64,000 nt of DNA from Candidatus Caldarchaeum sp. (GCA_038831915.1 JAWBKB010000002.1:4964-68963); one strand, 5' to 3'. Positions 45,483-55,009 are shown, counted from the first letter of the stretch. A program made the numbers and translations. Notes: generated by a model not told the origin, from the letters alone.

Positions 45483-45654
45483 CGACCGAGAGCTTCTTGA
45501 GAAAATAGCTGAGCTCAAGAGCGAGCTCCGAAAAGTGGTAACCGAGATAGGAACGGGCGGTGCGGTTCAAAACCCGATGAGGAAGAAAGAGCTTCGCAAA
45601 TCAATAGCCCGAGCTTACACGATTTTAACTGAAAGGAGGTTGAAAAAGAAATGA
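45454..45654 (+). CDS. rpl29: 50S ribosomal protein L29 (uL29)
   Basis: 66 aa. ELRELSDRELLEKIAELKSEL. Confidence 0.85.
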   Translation: MKAKELRELSDRELLEKIAELKSELRKVVTEIGTGGAVQNPMRKKELRKSIARAYTILTERRLKKK

Positions 45655-45899
45655 GCAAACCTTGGTCATTGTTTCTGCTCGGTAGGAGAGTAGTCGCCCG
45701 GTTCTGCAACCATGACTTCGAAGGATTGGTTGTCGGCGAAACCAAAAACACCGTCGTCATCCAAACTAAAGTTGGAGAGAAAAGAATTCCAAAGGCCGTT
45801 GCGGAATTCCGCGTCCAAACTGATGGTGAAGTTAAAATCGAAGGGAGGCGACTGGTGGGAAGGCCTTTGGAAAGATTACTTCGAGGTGTTCGGAGATGA
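45651..45899 (+). CDS. rnp1: RNase P protein component 1 (Rpp29)
   Basis: 82 aa. GLVVGETKNTVVIQTKVGEKRIPK Sm-like core; conserved position between L29 and S17. Confidence 0.7.
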   Translation: MSKPWSLFLLGRRVVARFCNHDFEGLVVGETKNTVVIQTKVGEKRIPKAVAEFRVQTDGEVKIEGRRLVGRPLERLLRGVRR

Positions 45900-46225
45900 G
45901 CGAAGTCAGAAATATCGGAGTTCCGGTCAAACCGCCGGCGAACAAATGCGAGGACAAGGACTGCCCGTTCCATGGTAAGCTTTCGGTCAGAGGTATTACG
46001 CTCACCGGCGTTGTGTTCAAGAAAAAGATGAACAAAAACGTCGTCGTTGAAAGAGAACACACAGTTTACATCAAGAAGTTTAAACGGTATTTGCGTAGAC
46101 GTTCGAGGATTTCAGCTCATCTCCCTCCCTGTCTTAACGTGGAGGTCGGAGACAGGGTGAAGCTGATGGAATGCAGGCCTTTGAGCAAAACTGTATCCTT
46201 CGTAGTTATTGAAAAGATAGGGTGA
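45896..46225 (+). CDS. rps17: 30S ribosomal protein S17 (uS17)
   Basis: 109 aa. GKLSVRGITLTGVVFKKKMNKNVVVEREHTVYIKKFKRY. Confidence 0.9.
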   Translation: MSEVRNIGVPVKPPANKCEDKDCPFHGKLSVRGITLTGVVFKKKMNKNVVVEREHTVYIKKFKRYLRRRSRISAHLPPCLNVEVGDRVKLMECRPLSKTVSFVVIEKIG

Positions 46226-46665
46226 ACAGGATGGCGAAAAGATCTCGTGCGGTTGCTGCTGTTGGAATTCTCGAAAGAAGGCCGAACCTTCCACGTACAA
46301 TTGTGCCAGGTTCCTTGGTCGTATGTGCTGATAACTCCGGCGCGCAGGTTCTGAAAATCATACAGGTTCACGGTATTTCTACAAGGCTGAGAAAAGTTCC
46401 CGCAGCCGCGGTTGGTGACATGCTTAGCGTAACTGTGAAGAAGGGTTCCGCGGATTTGAGGAAAAAACCCATGCACGCCATCCTAATCAGGCAGAAAAAG
46501 CCATACAGAAGGAGCGACGGAACATGGATTTCGTTTGAAGACACTGCAGCGGTTCTAGTCACTCCTGAAGGCGACCTAAAGGGAACCGAGATTAAAGGAC
46601 CTGTCGCAAAAGAGGCGGCGGAAAGATGGCCACGTATCGCAAACGCCGCCAGCATACTTGTTTGA
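46222..46665 (+). CDS. rpl14: 50S ribosomal protein L14 (uL14)
   Basis: 147 aa. LVVCADNSGAQVLKII. Confidence 0.9.
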   Translation: MNRMAKRSRAVAAVGILERRPNLPRTIVPGSLVVCADNSGAQVLKIIQVHGISTRLRKVPAAAVGDMLSVTVKKGSADLRKKPMHAILIRQKKPYRRSDGTWISFEDTAAVLVTPEGDLKGTEIKGPVAKEAAERWPRIANAASILV

Positions 46666-47035
46666 GGTGATAAAATTGGTTTCAGTGCTTGCTCGCAAAC
46701 AGAGGCTTCGGCGGTTCAACGCGCCTCGTCACGTGTTGGTCAAGTTTCTTTCCGTTCAACTTTCTCCCGATTTGAGGAATAAATACGGCAGACGTTCACT
46801 GACGGTTCGGGTCGGAGACACTGTGAAAGTTATGAAAGGAATATTCAAAGGCGTGGAAGGTAAGGTCAAAAGAGTCGACGTAAAACGCCAGATGGTGTAC
46901 ATCGAGAATGTTTCGAGGAAAAAAGCCGATGGGTCTACGGTTGACGTGCCTATTCGAGCTCCTAACTTGATGATTACGCAGCTTAATTTGGATGACAAGC
47001 TTCGGAAAGAGAAGCTGGAGGTGAAAAAATCATGA
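46658..47035 (+). CDS. rpl24: 50S ribosomal protein L24 (uL24)
   Basis: 125 aa. KOW motif VRVGDTVKVMKGIFKGVEGKV. Start may be a downstream TTG/GTG. Confidence 0.85.
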   Translation: MFEVIKLVSVLARKQRLRRFNAPRHVLVKFLSVQLSPDLRNKYGRRSLTVRVGDTVKVMKGIFKGVEGKVKRVDVKRQMVYIENVSRKKADGSTVDVPIRAPNLMITQLNLDDKLRKEKLEVKKS

Positions 47036-47748
47036 CACATCTGAAATCCCTCGCCGCTCCGAAACATTTTCCGAAAAAAGACACAGTCTTCACGGTGAGC
47101 CCTCGTCCCGGGCCACATCCGAAAAAACGCTCGATTCCCCTTTTAATCGTTGTCCGTCACCTGCTAAGTTACGCCGAAAACGCAAAAACAGCGAGAAAGC
47201 TGATAAGAAGTGGCAAATTTTTCGTAGACGGGAAACCTGTAAGAGACCCTCGTTACCCGCTCGGCTTAATGGATGTTTTATCTATCCCCACAACCGGCGA
47301 ACATTACAGAATTCTCATACGGCCCGGCAAAGGATTATTCCTCTTCAAAATAGCAGAACCTGAGGCTAACTTCAAGGTCTGTCAAGTGTTGCGGAAAAAT
47401 CACGTTCGCGGTGGTGGTCTGATGATTGGGCTCCACGACGGTCGTACCATATTGTTCAGAGCTGAAGAACTTGAGCGGGGACGTGCCCTAAAAATCCTCG
47501 ACTCCGTCAAAATTGGATTGCCTGACCAAGACCTTCTCGAAACCGTTTCCCTCAACACAGACGTCCAAGCCTATGTTCACAGCGGAGCTCGGGCTGGACT
47601 TTATGGTAAAGTTGCGAAAATCCGCAGAGAAGTTGTTTTCCCCGACAAACCAACCGTGACCATCGAAACAACATCAGGCACTGTGACCACTCTTCTCCGT
47701 AATGTCATGCCCATAGGAGGTGAAACACCTTGGATAACACTTCCCTAG
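47032..47748 (+). CDS. rps4e: 30S ribosomal protein S4e
   Basis: 238 aa. HLKSLAAPKHFPKKDTVFTVSPRPGPH. Confidence 0.9.
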   Translation: MTHLKSLAAPKHFPKKDTVFTVSPRPGPHPKKRSIPLLIVVRHLLSYAENAKTARKLIRSGKFFVDGKPVRDPRYPLGLMDVLSIPTTGEHYRILIRPGKGLFLFKIAEPEANFKVCQVLRKNHVRGGGLMIGLHDGRTILFRAEELERGRALKILDSVKIGLPDQDLLETVSLNTDVQAYVHSGARAGLYGKVAKIRREVVFPDKPTVTIETTSGTVTTLLRNVMPIGGETPWITLP

Positions 47749-48254
47749 AGCTCATCACAAAGCCCCGCATTGAAAAGGTTGTTGTCAACTGTTGCGTTGG
47801 CGAGGGAGGTGCGAAGCTCGAAAAAGCTCAGAAAATCATCGAATCGCTTGTAGGGCAGGTTCCCGAGGTAAGGAAAGCTCGCAAAACCATTCGAGGATTT
47901 GGAATTCATCGTGGCGAGCCCATAGCCATACGCGTAACTTTGAGGAAACAGCTTGCAGAAGAATTTCTGCGAAAAGTACTCGCAGCCGTGAACAACCGAG
48001 TCAAAAAATCCTCGATAGACAAAGATGGAAACATTTCCTTCGGCATCAAAGAGCATCTCGACATTCCCGGCACTCGTTACAACCCTGAACTAGGCATCAT
48101 CGGAATGGATGTCACAATTCATCTTAGCAAGCCCGGCTACCGTGTTAGTAAAAGGGCTTACAGGCCTTCTAAAGTTGGGAGGAGGCAAATGGTTTCTGTG
48201 TATGAAGCTGTTGAGTTTTTGAAAAACCTTGGTGTTGAGGTGGTTGAAGAATGA
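47730..48254 (+). CDS. rpl5: 50S ribosomal protein L5 (uL5)
   Basis: 174 aa. IEKVVVNCCVGEGG...GIHRGEPIAIRVTLR. Confidence 0.9.
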   Translation: MDNTSLELITKPRIEKVVVNCCVGEGGAKLEKAQKIIESLVGQVPEVRKARKTIRGFGIHRGEPIAIRVTLRKQLAEEFLRKVLAAVNNRVKKSSIDKDGNISFGIKEHLDIPGTRYNPELGIIGMDVTIHLSKPGYRVSKRAYRPSKVGRRQMVSVYEAVEFLKNLGVEVVEE

Positions 48255-48412
48255 AGCACAAACCGCCGAAACAGCGGAAGTTTGGTAAAGGTGTTCACGT
48301 CTGCCGTAGATGTGGCACTAGCGTTGGCGTCATAAGAAAATACGGGCTATATCTTTGCCGGAGATGCATCAACGAAGTAGGTCCGAAAATTGGGTTCTAC
48401 GTTTATGACTAG
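48251..48412 (+). CDS. rps14: 30S ribosomal protein S14 type Z (uS14)
   Basis: Not in the ORF track (53 aa). MKHKPPKQRKFGKGVHVCRRCGTSVGVIRKYGLYLCRRCINEVGPKIGFYVYD with the CxxC...CxxC zinc motif. Confidence 0.85.
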   Translation: MKHKPPKQRKFGKGVHVCRRCGTSVGVIRKYGLYLCRRCINEVGPKIGFYVYD

Positions 48413-48423
48413 GTGAATAAAAA

Positions 48424-48807
48424 ATGAGCGACCTTGTTTCATCCTTGTTCACTACTTTGCAAAACAACGAAATGGTTAGAAACAGAGAATGCATCGTAAA
48501 AACTTCGAAGCTAGTGGGAGAAATTCTCAAAGTTCTGCAGAGACACGGATACATCGGTGCCTTCGAGTACATCGACAACGGGCGAGGAGGACTTTTCAAA
48601 ATCCAGCTTCTCGGAAGAATCAACAAATCGGCTCCGATAAAACCCCGTATTGCGGTAAAAGCTTCGCAGTATGAATTTTTCGAGCAGAGGTTCTTACCGG
48701 GCCGCAACATCGGCCTTCTAGTGGTCACCACGCCGAAAGGAGTGATGTCGCATGAAGAGGCTAAAAAACAATCAACCGGAGGGAGGTTGCTTGGCTACGT
48801 CTACTAA
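48424..48807 (+). CDS. rps8: 30S ribosomal protein S8 (uS8)
   Basis: 127 aa, S8 fold; position between S14 and L6. Confidence 0.9.
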   Translation: MSDLVSSLFTTLQNNEMVRNRECIVKTSKLVGEILKVLQRHGYIGAFEYIDNGRGGLFKIQLLGRINKSAPIKPRIAVKASQYEFFEQRFLPGRNIGLLVVTTPKGVMSHEEAKKQSTGGRLLGYVY

Positions 48808-49336
48808 ATACGTAGAGGAATCACTTCCACTGCCCACCGATGCCTCCGTCAAAGTGGAAGGCAAACAGCTTATCTTCGAGGGAAAGAAAGGGCGATTCGT
48901 CAAGGACGTGAGCCATATTCCCGCCGACATCAAGATTGAAAACGGGAAAATTGTTTTCCGTGTTCCAGGTCGTTCGAGAAAGGCAAAGGCCCTCGCCGGA
49001 ACACTTGTTTCCATCGTCAAAAACGGCATCGAAGGTGTTTCGAAGGGCTACACCTACAAGTTGAAAATTATTTCGTCACATTTCCCGATAACAGTAAAGG
49101 TGGTGGGAAAGGAAGTTCACATAAGCAACTTCATAGGCGAAAGATACGTTCGGAAGGCACAGATTGTGGGAGACGTTTCTGTCCAAGTCAAGGGAGATGA
49201 AATAATTGTTTCGGGAATTGATAAAGAAAAAGTAGGCCAGACCGCTGCCAACATCGAGAACGCCACAAAAATCCCCCGAAAAGACCCACGTAAATTTTTG
49301 GACGGAATCTATGTTGCTGAAAAATCATTTGGGTGA
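48791..49336 (+). CDS. rpl6: 50S ribosomal protein L6 (uL6)
   Basis: Two-repeat L6 pattern (VKVEGKQLIFEGKKG..., VSVQVKGDEIIVSGIDKEKVGQTAANI). TTG start at 48791 is preferred over the ATG at 48752, which lies deep inside S8. Confidence 0.85.
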   Translation: MATSTKYVEESLPLPTDASVKVEGKQLIFEGKKGRFVKDVSHIPADIKIENGKIVFRVPGRSRKAKALAGTLVSIVKNGIEGVSKGYTYKLKIISSHFPITVKVVGKEVHISNFIGERYVRKAQIVGDVSVQVKGDEIIVSGIDKEKVGQTAANIENATKIPRKDPRKFLDGIYVAEKSFG

Positions 49337-49342
49337 TGCAGA

Positions 49343-49726
49343 ATGCTTCCGAAGCGAATTTTGAAGAAAAGGAGAAAAACGCCGGAATTTGTCCGACAAG
49401 AAAGTTGGCGGTACAAAAGGCTTGAAACCAGTTACCGAAGGCCCAGGGGTAAGGACAGCCGGATGAGGCTGCAGAAAAGCGGTTCACCTCCGTTGGCAAA
49501 AATCGGATACGGAAGCCCGCGGAAATATCGAGGACTTCATCCTTCAGGCTACAGAGAAGTGCTTGTCATGTCAGTCGCTGAGCTTGAAAACCTCAACCCT
49601 TCAAGCGATGCCGTACGCATCTCAGGACGCCTCGGGTTGAAGAAAAAACGGGAAATTTTCGACGCAGCACGCGCCAAAGGACTTAAAGTACTTAATCCAC
49701 CCATCAAGGCTGGTGGTGGTTCATGA
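49343..49726 (+). CDS. rpl32e: 50S ribosomal protein L32e
   Basis: 127 aa. WRYKRLETSYRRPRGKDSRMR. Confidence 0.9.
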   Translation: MLPKRILKKRRKTPEFVRQESWRYKRLETSYRRPRGKDSRMRLQKSGSPPLAKIGYGSPRKYRGLHPSGYREVLVMSVAELENLNPSSDAVRISGRLGLKKKREIFDAARAKGLKVLNPPIKAGGGS

Positions 49727-50157
49727 CGCTGGAAATGCAGAAAAGAATGGCCGCGGATTTACTCGAATGCGGCGTCACACGTGTTAGATTCGACCCGGAG
49801 AGACTCGAAGACATCGAATCAGCGATAACAAGGGCAGAAATACGTAAGCTTATCGCTGACGGGGCCATCTACAAAATCCCAGCCAAAGGAGTTAGCAGAG
49901 CTAGGTACGAGCCGGAAAGGAAGAGAAAGGAAGGAAGTCGGAAAGGAGGCAAGCATTCGATAATTCCGCGTAAAACCATGTGGATGACCAGAGTCAGAGC
50001 ACAGCGAGCCTACCTACGGAAGCTCCGAGATACAGGAATGATAGACACACAGGATTACCGGATTCTATACAGCTACGTGAAAGCTGGCAATTTTAAATCA
50101 GTCGCAGCTCTCAAAGAGTACATTAGAAGCAAGGGACTTTTGAAGGAGGCTATGTAA
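49723..50157 (+). CDS. rpl19e: 50S ribosomal protein L19e
   Basis: 144 aa. QKRMAADLLECGVTRVRFDPERLEDI. Confidence 0.9.
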   Translation: MTLEMQKRMAADLLECGVTRVRFDPERLEDIESAITRAEIRKLIADGAIYKIPAKGVSRARYEPERKRKEGSRKGGKHSIIPRKTMWMTRVRAQRAYLRKLRDTGMIDTQDYRILYSYVKAGNFKSVAALKEYIRSKGLLKEAM

Positions 50158-50158
50158 A

Positions 50159-50737
50159 ATGTCCAAACCTCCTCTCAGGATGAAGCCAAGAAGAAGACGC
50201 CAGGGATACACAGACTATCGTAAACGTCTCGCTTTAGTGAAATCAGGCGTCGAACGACTCGTGGTCAGGAGAACTAACAGACGAATTATCGTGCAGGTTG
50301 TGAAATCGAAAGCAAAAGGCGACAACACTTTGATAACCGTTTTTTCTGATGTTTTGAAGCAGTACGGATGGAAAGGTTCGTTCAAATCGGTTCCAGCCGC
50401 ATATTTGACTGGGTTGTTGGCGGGTAAAAAAGCTCTCGAAAAAGGCCTTTCTAAGGCTATTGTTGACATAGGTCTATTCAGGTCGGTGAAGGGCTCGAGG
50501 CTTTATGCCTCGGTTAAAGGAGCCATCGACGCTGGGCTCGAAATTCCGGTTGATGAAAAAGTGTTACCTGAAGGGGACAGAATCCTCGGAAAACATATTT
50601 CAGAATACGTTGAAAAAATAATCGAAAGTCCTCACGGCTATCAGTTTATCGCCTCTGACAAAGAATACCTTCTTAAGCTCGACGAAGAAGTTGAACGAAT
50701 TAAGAACTTAATCATCGGAGGGGGACAAAATGAGTGA
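50159..50737 (+). CDS. rpl18: 50S ribosomal protein L18 (uL18)
   Basis: 192 aa. RRRRQGYTDYRKRLALVKSGVERLVVRRTNRRIIVQVV. Confidence 0.9.
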   Translation: MSKPPLRMKPRRRRQGYTDYRKRLALVKSGVERLVVRRTNRRIIVQVVKSKAKGDNTLITVFSDVLKQYGWKGSFKSVPAAYLTGLLAGKKALEKGLSKAIVDIGLFRSVKGSRLYASVKGAIDAGLEIPVDEKVLPEGDRILGKHISEYVEKIIESPHGYQFIASDKEYLLKLDEEVERIKNLIIGGGQNE

Positions 50738-51344
50738 ATGGGTTCCGAAAACCAGCTTAGGCAGAATGGTGCTTGAAGGCAAAATTACTTCGATTGACCA
50801 GGTCTTTCAATCGCATGGAAAAATTCTCGAACCCGAGATCGTCGACAGATTGTTGCCAAACTTGGAACAAGAAGTCATTGATGTCAAACTTGTTCAGCGG
50901 CAGACCGACGCGGGTGAAAAAACCCGTTTTAAAGCTCTTGTCGTGGTGGGTAACCGCGACGGATACATCGGCATCGGCACTGGTAAATCATCACAGGTTG
51001 TTTTAGCTATCGAGAAAGCAATCAGGAACGCAAAGCTTTCCATAGTGCCTGTTAAAAGAGGATGCGGGAGCTGGGAATGTGCATGCGGCGAGCCGCACAG
51101 TGTTTATATCAAAACTGAAGGCAAACATGGAAGCGTGCGCATTCAGGTTTTGCCGGCACCGAGAGGCCTCGGCCTAGTAGCCGGTGAATCTCAGAAAATT
51201 GTCTTCGCTTTGGCTGGAATATCGGATGTCTGGACCAGAGCCTTCGGCGAAACACGGACATCTCTTTCGGTAGTCGGAGCCACCTATGAAGCTCTCAAAG
51301 CAACCAATCAAGCTGTCCTGCCAGAATTGTGGAGGACGGTGTAA
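50730..51344 (+). CDS. rps5: 30S ribosomal protein S5 (uS5)
   Basis: 204 aa. dsRBD plus S5 C-terminal domain (FKALVVVGNRDGYIGIGTGKS). Confidence 0.9.
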   Translation: MSEWVPKTSLGRMVLEGKITSIDQVFQSHGKILEPEIVDRLLPNLEQEVIDVKLVQRQTDAGEKTRFKALVVVGNRDGYIGIGTGKSSQVVLAIEKAIRNAKLSIVPVKRGCGSWECACGEPHSVYIKTEGKHGSVRIQVLPAPRGLGLVAGESQKIVFALAGISDVWTRAFGETRTSLSVVGATYEALKATNQAVLPELWRTV

Positions 51345-51345
51345 A

Positions 51346-51756
51346 ATGCCGGTCGTAGCGGTTGTGCGAATAAAAGGAAACGTAGGCATCGACCCAGACG
51401 TCAAAAAAACGTTAGAATCTCTCAAACTCGAAAAAGCTTTTACAGCGGCCCTTTTCAATCACAGCCAATCCCTCGAAGGCATGCTCAAAAAAGCTCAACG
51501 CTACCTAACGTGGGGAAAACCTAACAAACAAACTATATTCACTCTGCTGAAGAGGTCCGGATACGCTGGCGACGATTTAGTGTCATTCGCCGAAAAACTC
51601 GAAAGAGACGAGGAAAAGCTGCTTCATCCTGTCTACGTAAACCTTCATCCACCCAAGAAGGGCTTTAGATATTCTGTGAAACGGGCTTTCAAGATGAAAG
51701 GAGAATACGGAGACCGTGGCGAAGACATCAACGAACTTTTCCGACGCATGGTTTAG
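51346..51756 (+). CDS. rpl30: 50S ribosomal protein L30 (uL30)
   Basis: MPVVAVVRIKGNVGIDPDVKKTLESLKL. ATG at 51346 is preferred over the in-frame upstream ATG at 51286, which lies inside S5. Confidence 0.85.
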   Translation: MPVVAVVRIKGNVGIDPDVKKTLESLKLEKAFTAALFNHSQSLEGMLKKAQRYLTWGKPNKQTIFTLLKRSGYAGDDLVSFAEKLERDEEKLLHPVYVNLHPPKKGFRYSVKRAFKMKGEYGDRGEDINELFRRMV

Positions 51757-51810
51757 CCGGGAAACACTTATTAGCAGACCGGTTTCTCATAGCCGTGGAT
51801 TCAATTTTAG

Positions 51811-52233
51811 GTGAAATTCATGCCGACAAGGCTGAGAAAAGTCCGTAAATTCAGAGGTTCGCGGACGCATGGATGGGGACAAATAGGACAGCATAGGAAA
51901 ACAGGTGCTAAAGGAGGTCGAGGAATGGCGGGAGGCCACAAACACAAATGGACCAAGCTCCTCAAAACAAACTACTTTGGGAAACATGGATTCGTCCCGG
52001 TAAAACGAATCACAAACCGAATCGCGAATTTCATGACAGTCACGAAAATCGCCGAGGAAACAGGAAGCACTGTGGTCAACCTCGCTGAAAAAGGCTATGA
52101 CAAACTTCTTGGAGACGGTCGGGTAGACAAGCCCTATACCGTTGTTGTTGAGAAATGGAGCCGCAAAGCTGAAGAAAAACTCAAACAAATGGGCGGCAAG
52201 CTCATCAAACCAGCAGAGCTGGTGACGGCATGA
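51811..52233 (+). CDS. rpl15: 50S ribosomal protein L15 (uL15)
   Basis: 140 aa. KFRGSRTHGWGQIGQHRKTGAKGGRGMAGGHKH. Confidence 0.9.
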   Translation: MKFMPTRLRKVRKFRGSRTHGWGQIGQHRKTGAKGGRGMAGGHKHKWTKLLKTNYFGKHGFVPVKRITNRIANFMTVTKIAEETGSTVVNLAEKGYDKLLGDGRVDKPYTVVVEKWSRKAEEKLKQMGGKLIKPAELVTA

Positions 52234-53663
52234 GCGAAAAATCACCGGTCAGAGTTTTTTTTGAAAAAGTTTCTAGAGTTCTACCAGAGATAAAGAAGCC
52301 GGGTAGAAAAGTCGGCCTTGGTGAAAAACTTGCTTGGACCGCTCTGGCACTTGTTGTTTACAGCTGGATGGGGCACACGCTTCTTTATGGACTGCCGACG
52401 GGCCAGCAAGTCGGCCAAAGCCCAGTGCTGCTAAACGTTGTTTTCGCCCAGAAAACCGGGACACTCATCACACTGGGAATAGGCCCGATAGTCACGGCGG
52501 GGCTTATCCTACAGCTTTTGGTAGGCGCCGAACTGATAAAACTCGACCTCAAAAAAAGCGAAGACAGAGCTCTATTCACATCAGTCAGTAAAATCTTCGC
52601 CATCATCATAGCTGTGTTTCAAGGAGCTGCGTACGTCTCGGCTGGGTTTTTCGGCCCCACTACGGAAACGCAGAACTTAGCTATTTTTGTCCAGCTTGTC
52701 GCCGCGACCATACTGATTATACTGCTTGACGAACTTGTGCAAAAAGGTTGGGGGCTTGGAAGCGGAATAAGTCTTTTTATAGTGGCTGGAGTTGCTGAAG
52801 AGATATTCGTTTCCCTGTTTTCACCGATCATTCTCCCGGACGAAATCTACCAAGGAATCATTCTGGCACTGTTTCAGACATTAGTGGCTGGAAACATAGG
52901 AGCGATTTTGATACGCGCGGGAGGATTCCCAGACCTTGTTGGATTTATTTCCACGATTTTTCTGATTGGCGCCCTCATCTATATAGAGGCGATCCGCGTC
53001 GAAATCCCGATTTCATACGCTAAATTCCAAGGATACCGTGCCAAATATCCCGTTAAACTACTGTATGTTTCAAACGTGCCGATAATTTTCGCAACGACAG
53101 TGTTCAGCAATATTTTCTACTTGGGCTCGCTCGTTTGGAGCAGGTTCAACCCCAACAACGAAAACGTCTTCCTCAACCTCATCGGCACTTATACCTTTGA
53201 CCAAGAAGCTGGAACGGTTGTCGCAACCGGCGGCCTAGCCTACTACGTCATCGGCCCGAGAGGACTTGCAAGCGTTTTCGAGGACCCGACGAGAGCTGTT
53301 GTCCATGCAGGGCTGCTGATAATGTTCGCCGTGCTTTTCGCGAAGTTCTGGGTACAAATATCAGGCCTCGCGCCTGAAAAAGTGGCTGAACAGTTGATCA
53401 GCGCAGGGATGCAGGTCCCTGGCTTTAGAAGGTCGCCGGAAATCATAGCCAGCATAATCAAAAAATACATCGGAACTGTTACGATTTTGGGAGGGTTGAT
53501 AATCGGAACTGTCGCGAGCGTCGCAGATTACCTCGCAGTCTACGGCTCTGGTATAGGGATTCTTCTGACAATAGGCATTCTTCATCAATACTATCAGCTG
53601 CTGGTGAGAGAGAGAATTTCCGAAATGTATCCTGCTCTCGGAAAACTGCTTGGAAGTGACTAA
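52230..53663 (+). CDS. secY: Preprotein translocase subunit SecY
   Basis: 477 aa, 10 TM segments. Conserved SecY blocks (GIGPIVTAGLILQLL plug/TM2 region). Position after L15. Confidence 0.9.
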   Translation: MSEKSPVRVFFEKVSRVLPEIKKPGRKVGLGEKLAWTALALVVYSWMGHTLLYGLPTGQQVGQSPVLLNVVFAQKTGTLITLGIGPIVTAGLILQLLVGAELIKLDLKKSEDRALFTSVSKIFAIIIAVFQGAAYVSAGFFGPTTETQNLAIFVQLVAATILIILLDELVQKGWGLGSGISLFIVAGVAEEIFVSLFSPIILPDEIYQGIILALFQTLVAGNIGAILIRAGGFPDLVGFISTIFLIGALIYIEAIRVEIPISYAKFQGYRAKYPVKLLYVSNVPIIFATTVFSNIFYLGSLVWSRFNPNNENVFLNLIGTYTFDQEAGTVVATGGLAYYVIGPRGLASVFEDPTRAVVHAGLLIMFAVLFAKFWVQISGLAPEKVAEQLISAGMQVPGFRRSPEIIASIIKKYIGTVTILGGLIIGTVASVADYLAVYGSGIGILLTIGILHQYYQLLVRERISEMYPALGKLLGSD

Positions 53664-53665
53664 AA

Positions 53666-54187
53666 ATGCTGGTCGACATGATGATGATTTTATCTATCGC
53701 AGCAGCTCTTTCTTCAGCTACTTCGGTCCTCCGCAAAGTGGTTTTCAAACGCGAAGACTATTTGAAGATGGCCGAACTTCAGGCCTACAACCGTGAGCTG
53801 ATGAACGCGACACGTAAAAAAGACCAGAAAACAATTCAGAAACTTCAAAAAAAGAAAGCATACATTCAGCAGATAAACGCGGACATCACAAAGAAAAACC
53901 TCGTCACGATGTTTTCCAGCCTTCTACTTTTCTTCACGGTGTATCCTTTGTTGGTAGGTTTTTTCGGCGACGTAGTTGTAGGCTACACTCCGATAGGGCT
54001 GGATATTCCGTTTATAACGGAGCAGGGCCAGCTAAAGTTCTACGGATGGTTTATTTTGTCGTTTTTCGCTGTAAGTTCACCCATCGCGAAAGCGCTGGGC
54101 CTCGGTTTAACTGGATTACCTCCATCACAAGGTGAGAAAGATGAGAAGAAGTTTAAGGACACGAAGCAAAAAGAGAAAGACGATTAG
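53666..54187 (+). CDS. DUF106 family membrane protein (archaeal YidC/Oxa1/EMC3-like insertase homolog)
   Basis: 173 aa. TM-coiled-coil-TM organisation with a basic lysine-rich loop (KKDQKTIQKLQKKKAYIQQ). Conserved position between secY and cmk/L34e. Confidence 0.6.
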   Translation: MLVDMMMILSIAAALSSATSVLRKVVFKREDYLKMAELQAYNRELMNATRKKDQKTIQKLQKKKAYIQQINADITKKNLVTMFSSLLLFFTVYPLLVGFFGDVVVGYTPIGLDIPFITEQGQLKFYGWFILSFFAVSSPIAKALGLGLTGLPPSQGEKDEKKFKDTKQKEKDD

Positions 54188-54401
54188 GACCCCCGGTGGA
54201 AAGCTCAAACTTCAGTTCAGAAAGGAACTGCCAGGCCCGAGACGATGCAGGTTCTGCGGCTTAGAAATTCATGGCATATCGAAAGACCGTGGTGTCGCGC
54301 ATTCAGAAAGAACCGTTGGAAGAATTTACGGAGGAGAGGTCTGCCATCGCTGCCTCGAAAAATCCATGGTTACCGCCGTCGCTTCCGAATGGTTAAAGTA
54401 A
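54141..54401 (+). CDS. rpl34e: 50S ribosomal protein L34e
   Basis: MRRSLRTRSKKRKTIRTPGGK...CRFCG...CHRC zinc ribbon. The ORF track starts at 54132. Confidence 0.8.
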   Translation: MRRSLRTRSKKRKTIRTPGGKLKLQFRKELPGPRRCRFCGLEIHGISKDRGVAHSERTVGRIYGGEVCHRCLEKSMVTAVASEWLK

Positions 54402-54966
54402 AGTAGTTTTTAGCCGTTTCCGCTATTACTTCAGCCACTTCAACAGGCTTCATCCTTGAAGTGTCCACTATGAGATGAAAGGGTGAAAAGTCTTCTCCAA
54501 TCTTTATTCTGTACAGCCGGTAATAGATGCGGGCGCTTTTCCTATCTCGTTGTTTGAGAAGTTTCATCGCTTTTGGGATGGATAGTTTGCTGCGTTCCGC
54601 CATCCTTCGGGCCCGCGTTATTTCGTCAGCCGTCAGCCAGACTTTGAAAGCATTTTTGTCGCAGAGCCATGGCATGACCCATGAATCGACGACAACACCG
54701 CCTTTTTTGCACAGTTGAAGAAGCTTTTTGTCGACTTTGCGGTCGAAGCTTGGGTCTTGTCCACGTATTAGCAGAAATTTGACGCCGTTCGGTGTTTCCC
54801 ACCATCCTGCCCCGCCGGGCTTGAAGCCCATCTCCTTGGCGACGGCTTTTAACGCGTCCCCGCCCGAAACATATTTGAGCTTCAACTTCTTAGCGAGGAG
54901 CTTGCCTACGGTGGATTTACCGACGGCGGCGAAACCAGCTAAGCAGACGACGGGTCTCGTAGCCAT
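54370..54966 (-). CDS. cmk: Cytidylate kinase (archaeal type)
   Basis: 198 aa. P-loop LAGFAAVGKSTVGKLLA, archaeal Cmk-like layout. Encoded on the strand opposite to the flanking L34e and L14e. Confidence 0.75.
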   Translation of the reverse strand: MATRPVVCLAGFAAVGKSTVGKLLAKKLKLKYVSGGDALKAVAKEMGFKPGGAGWWETPNGVKFLLIRGQDPSFDRKVDKKLLQLCKKGGVVVDSWVMPWLCDKNAFKVWLTADEITRARRMAERSKLSIPKAMKLLKQRDRKSARIYYRLYRIKIGEDFSPFHLIVDTSRMKPVEVAEVIAETAKNYFTLTIRKRRR

Positions 54967-55009
54967 GTTAACGAAAGTTCGCTGCGGAATTTATGTATAA
55001 AAATCATCT

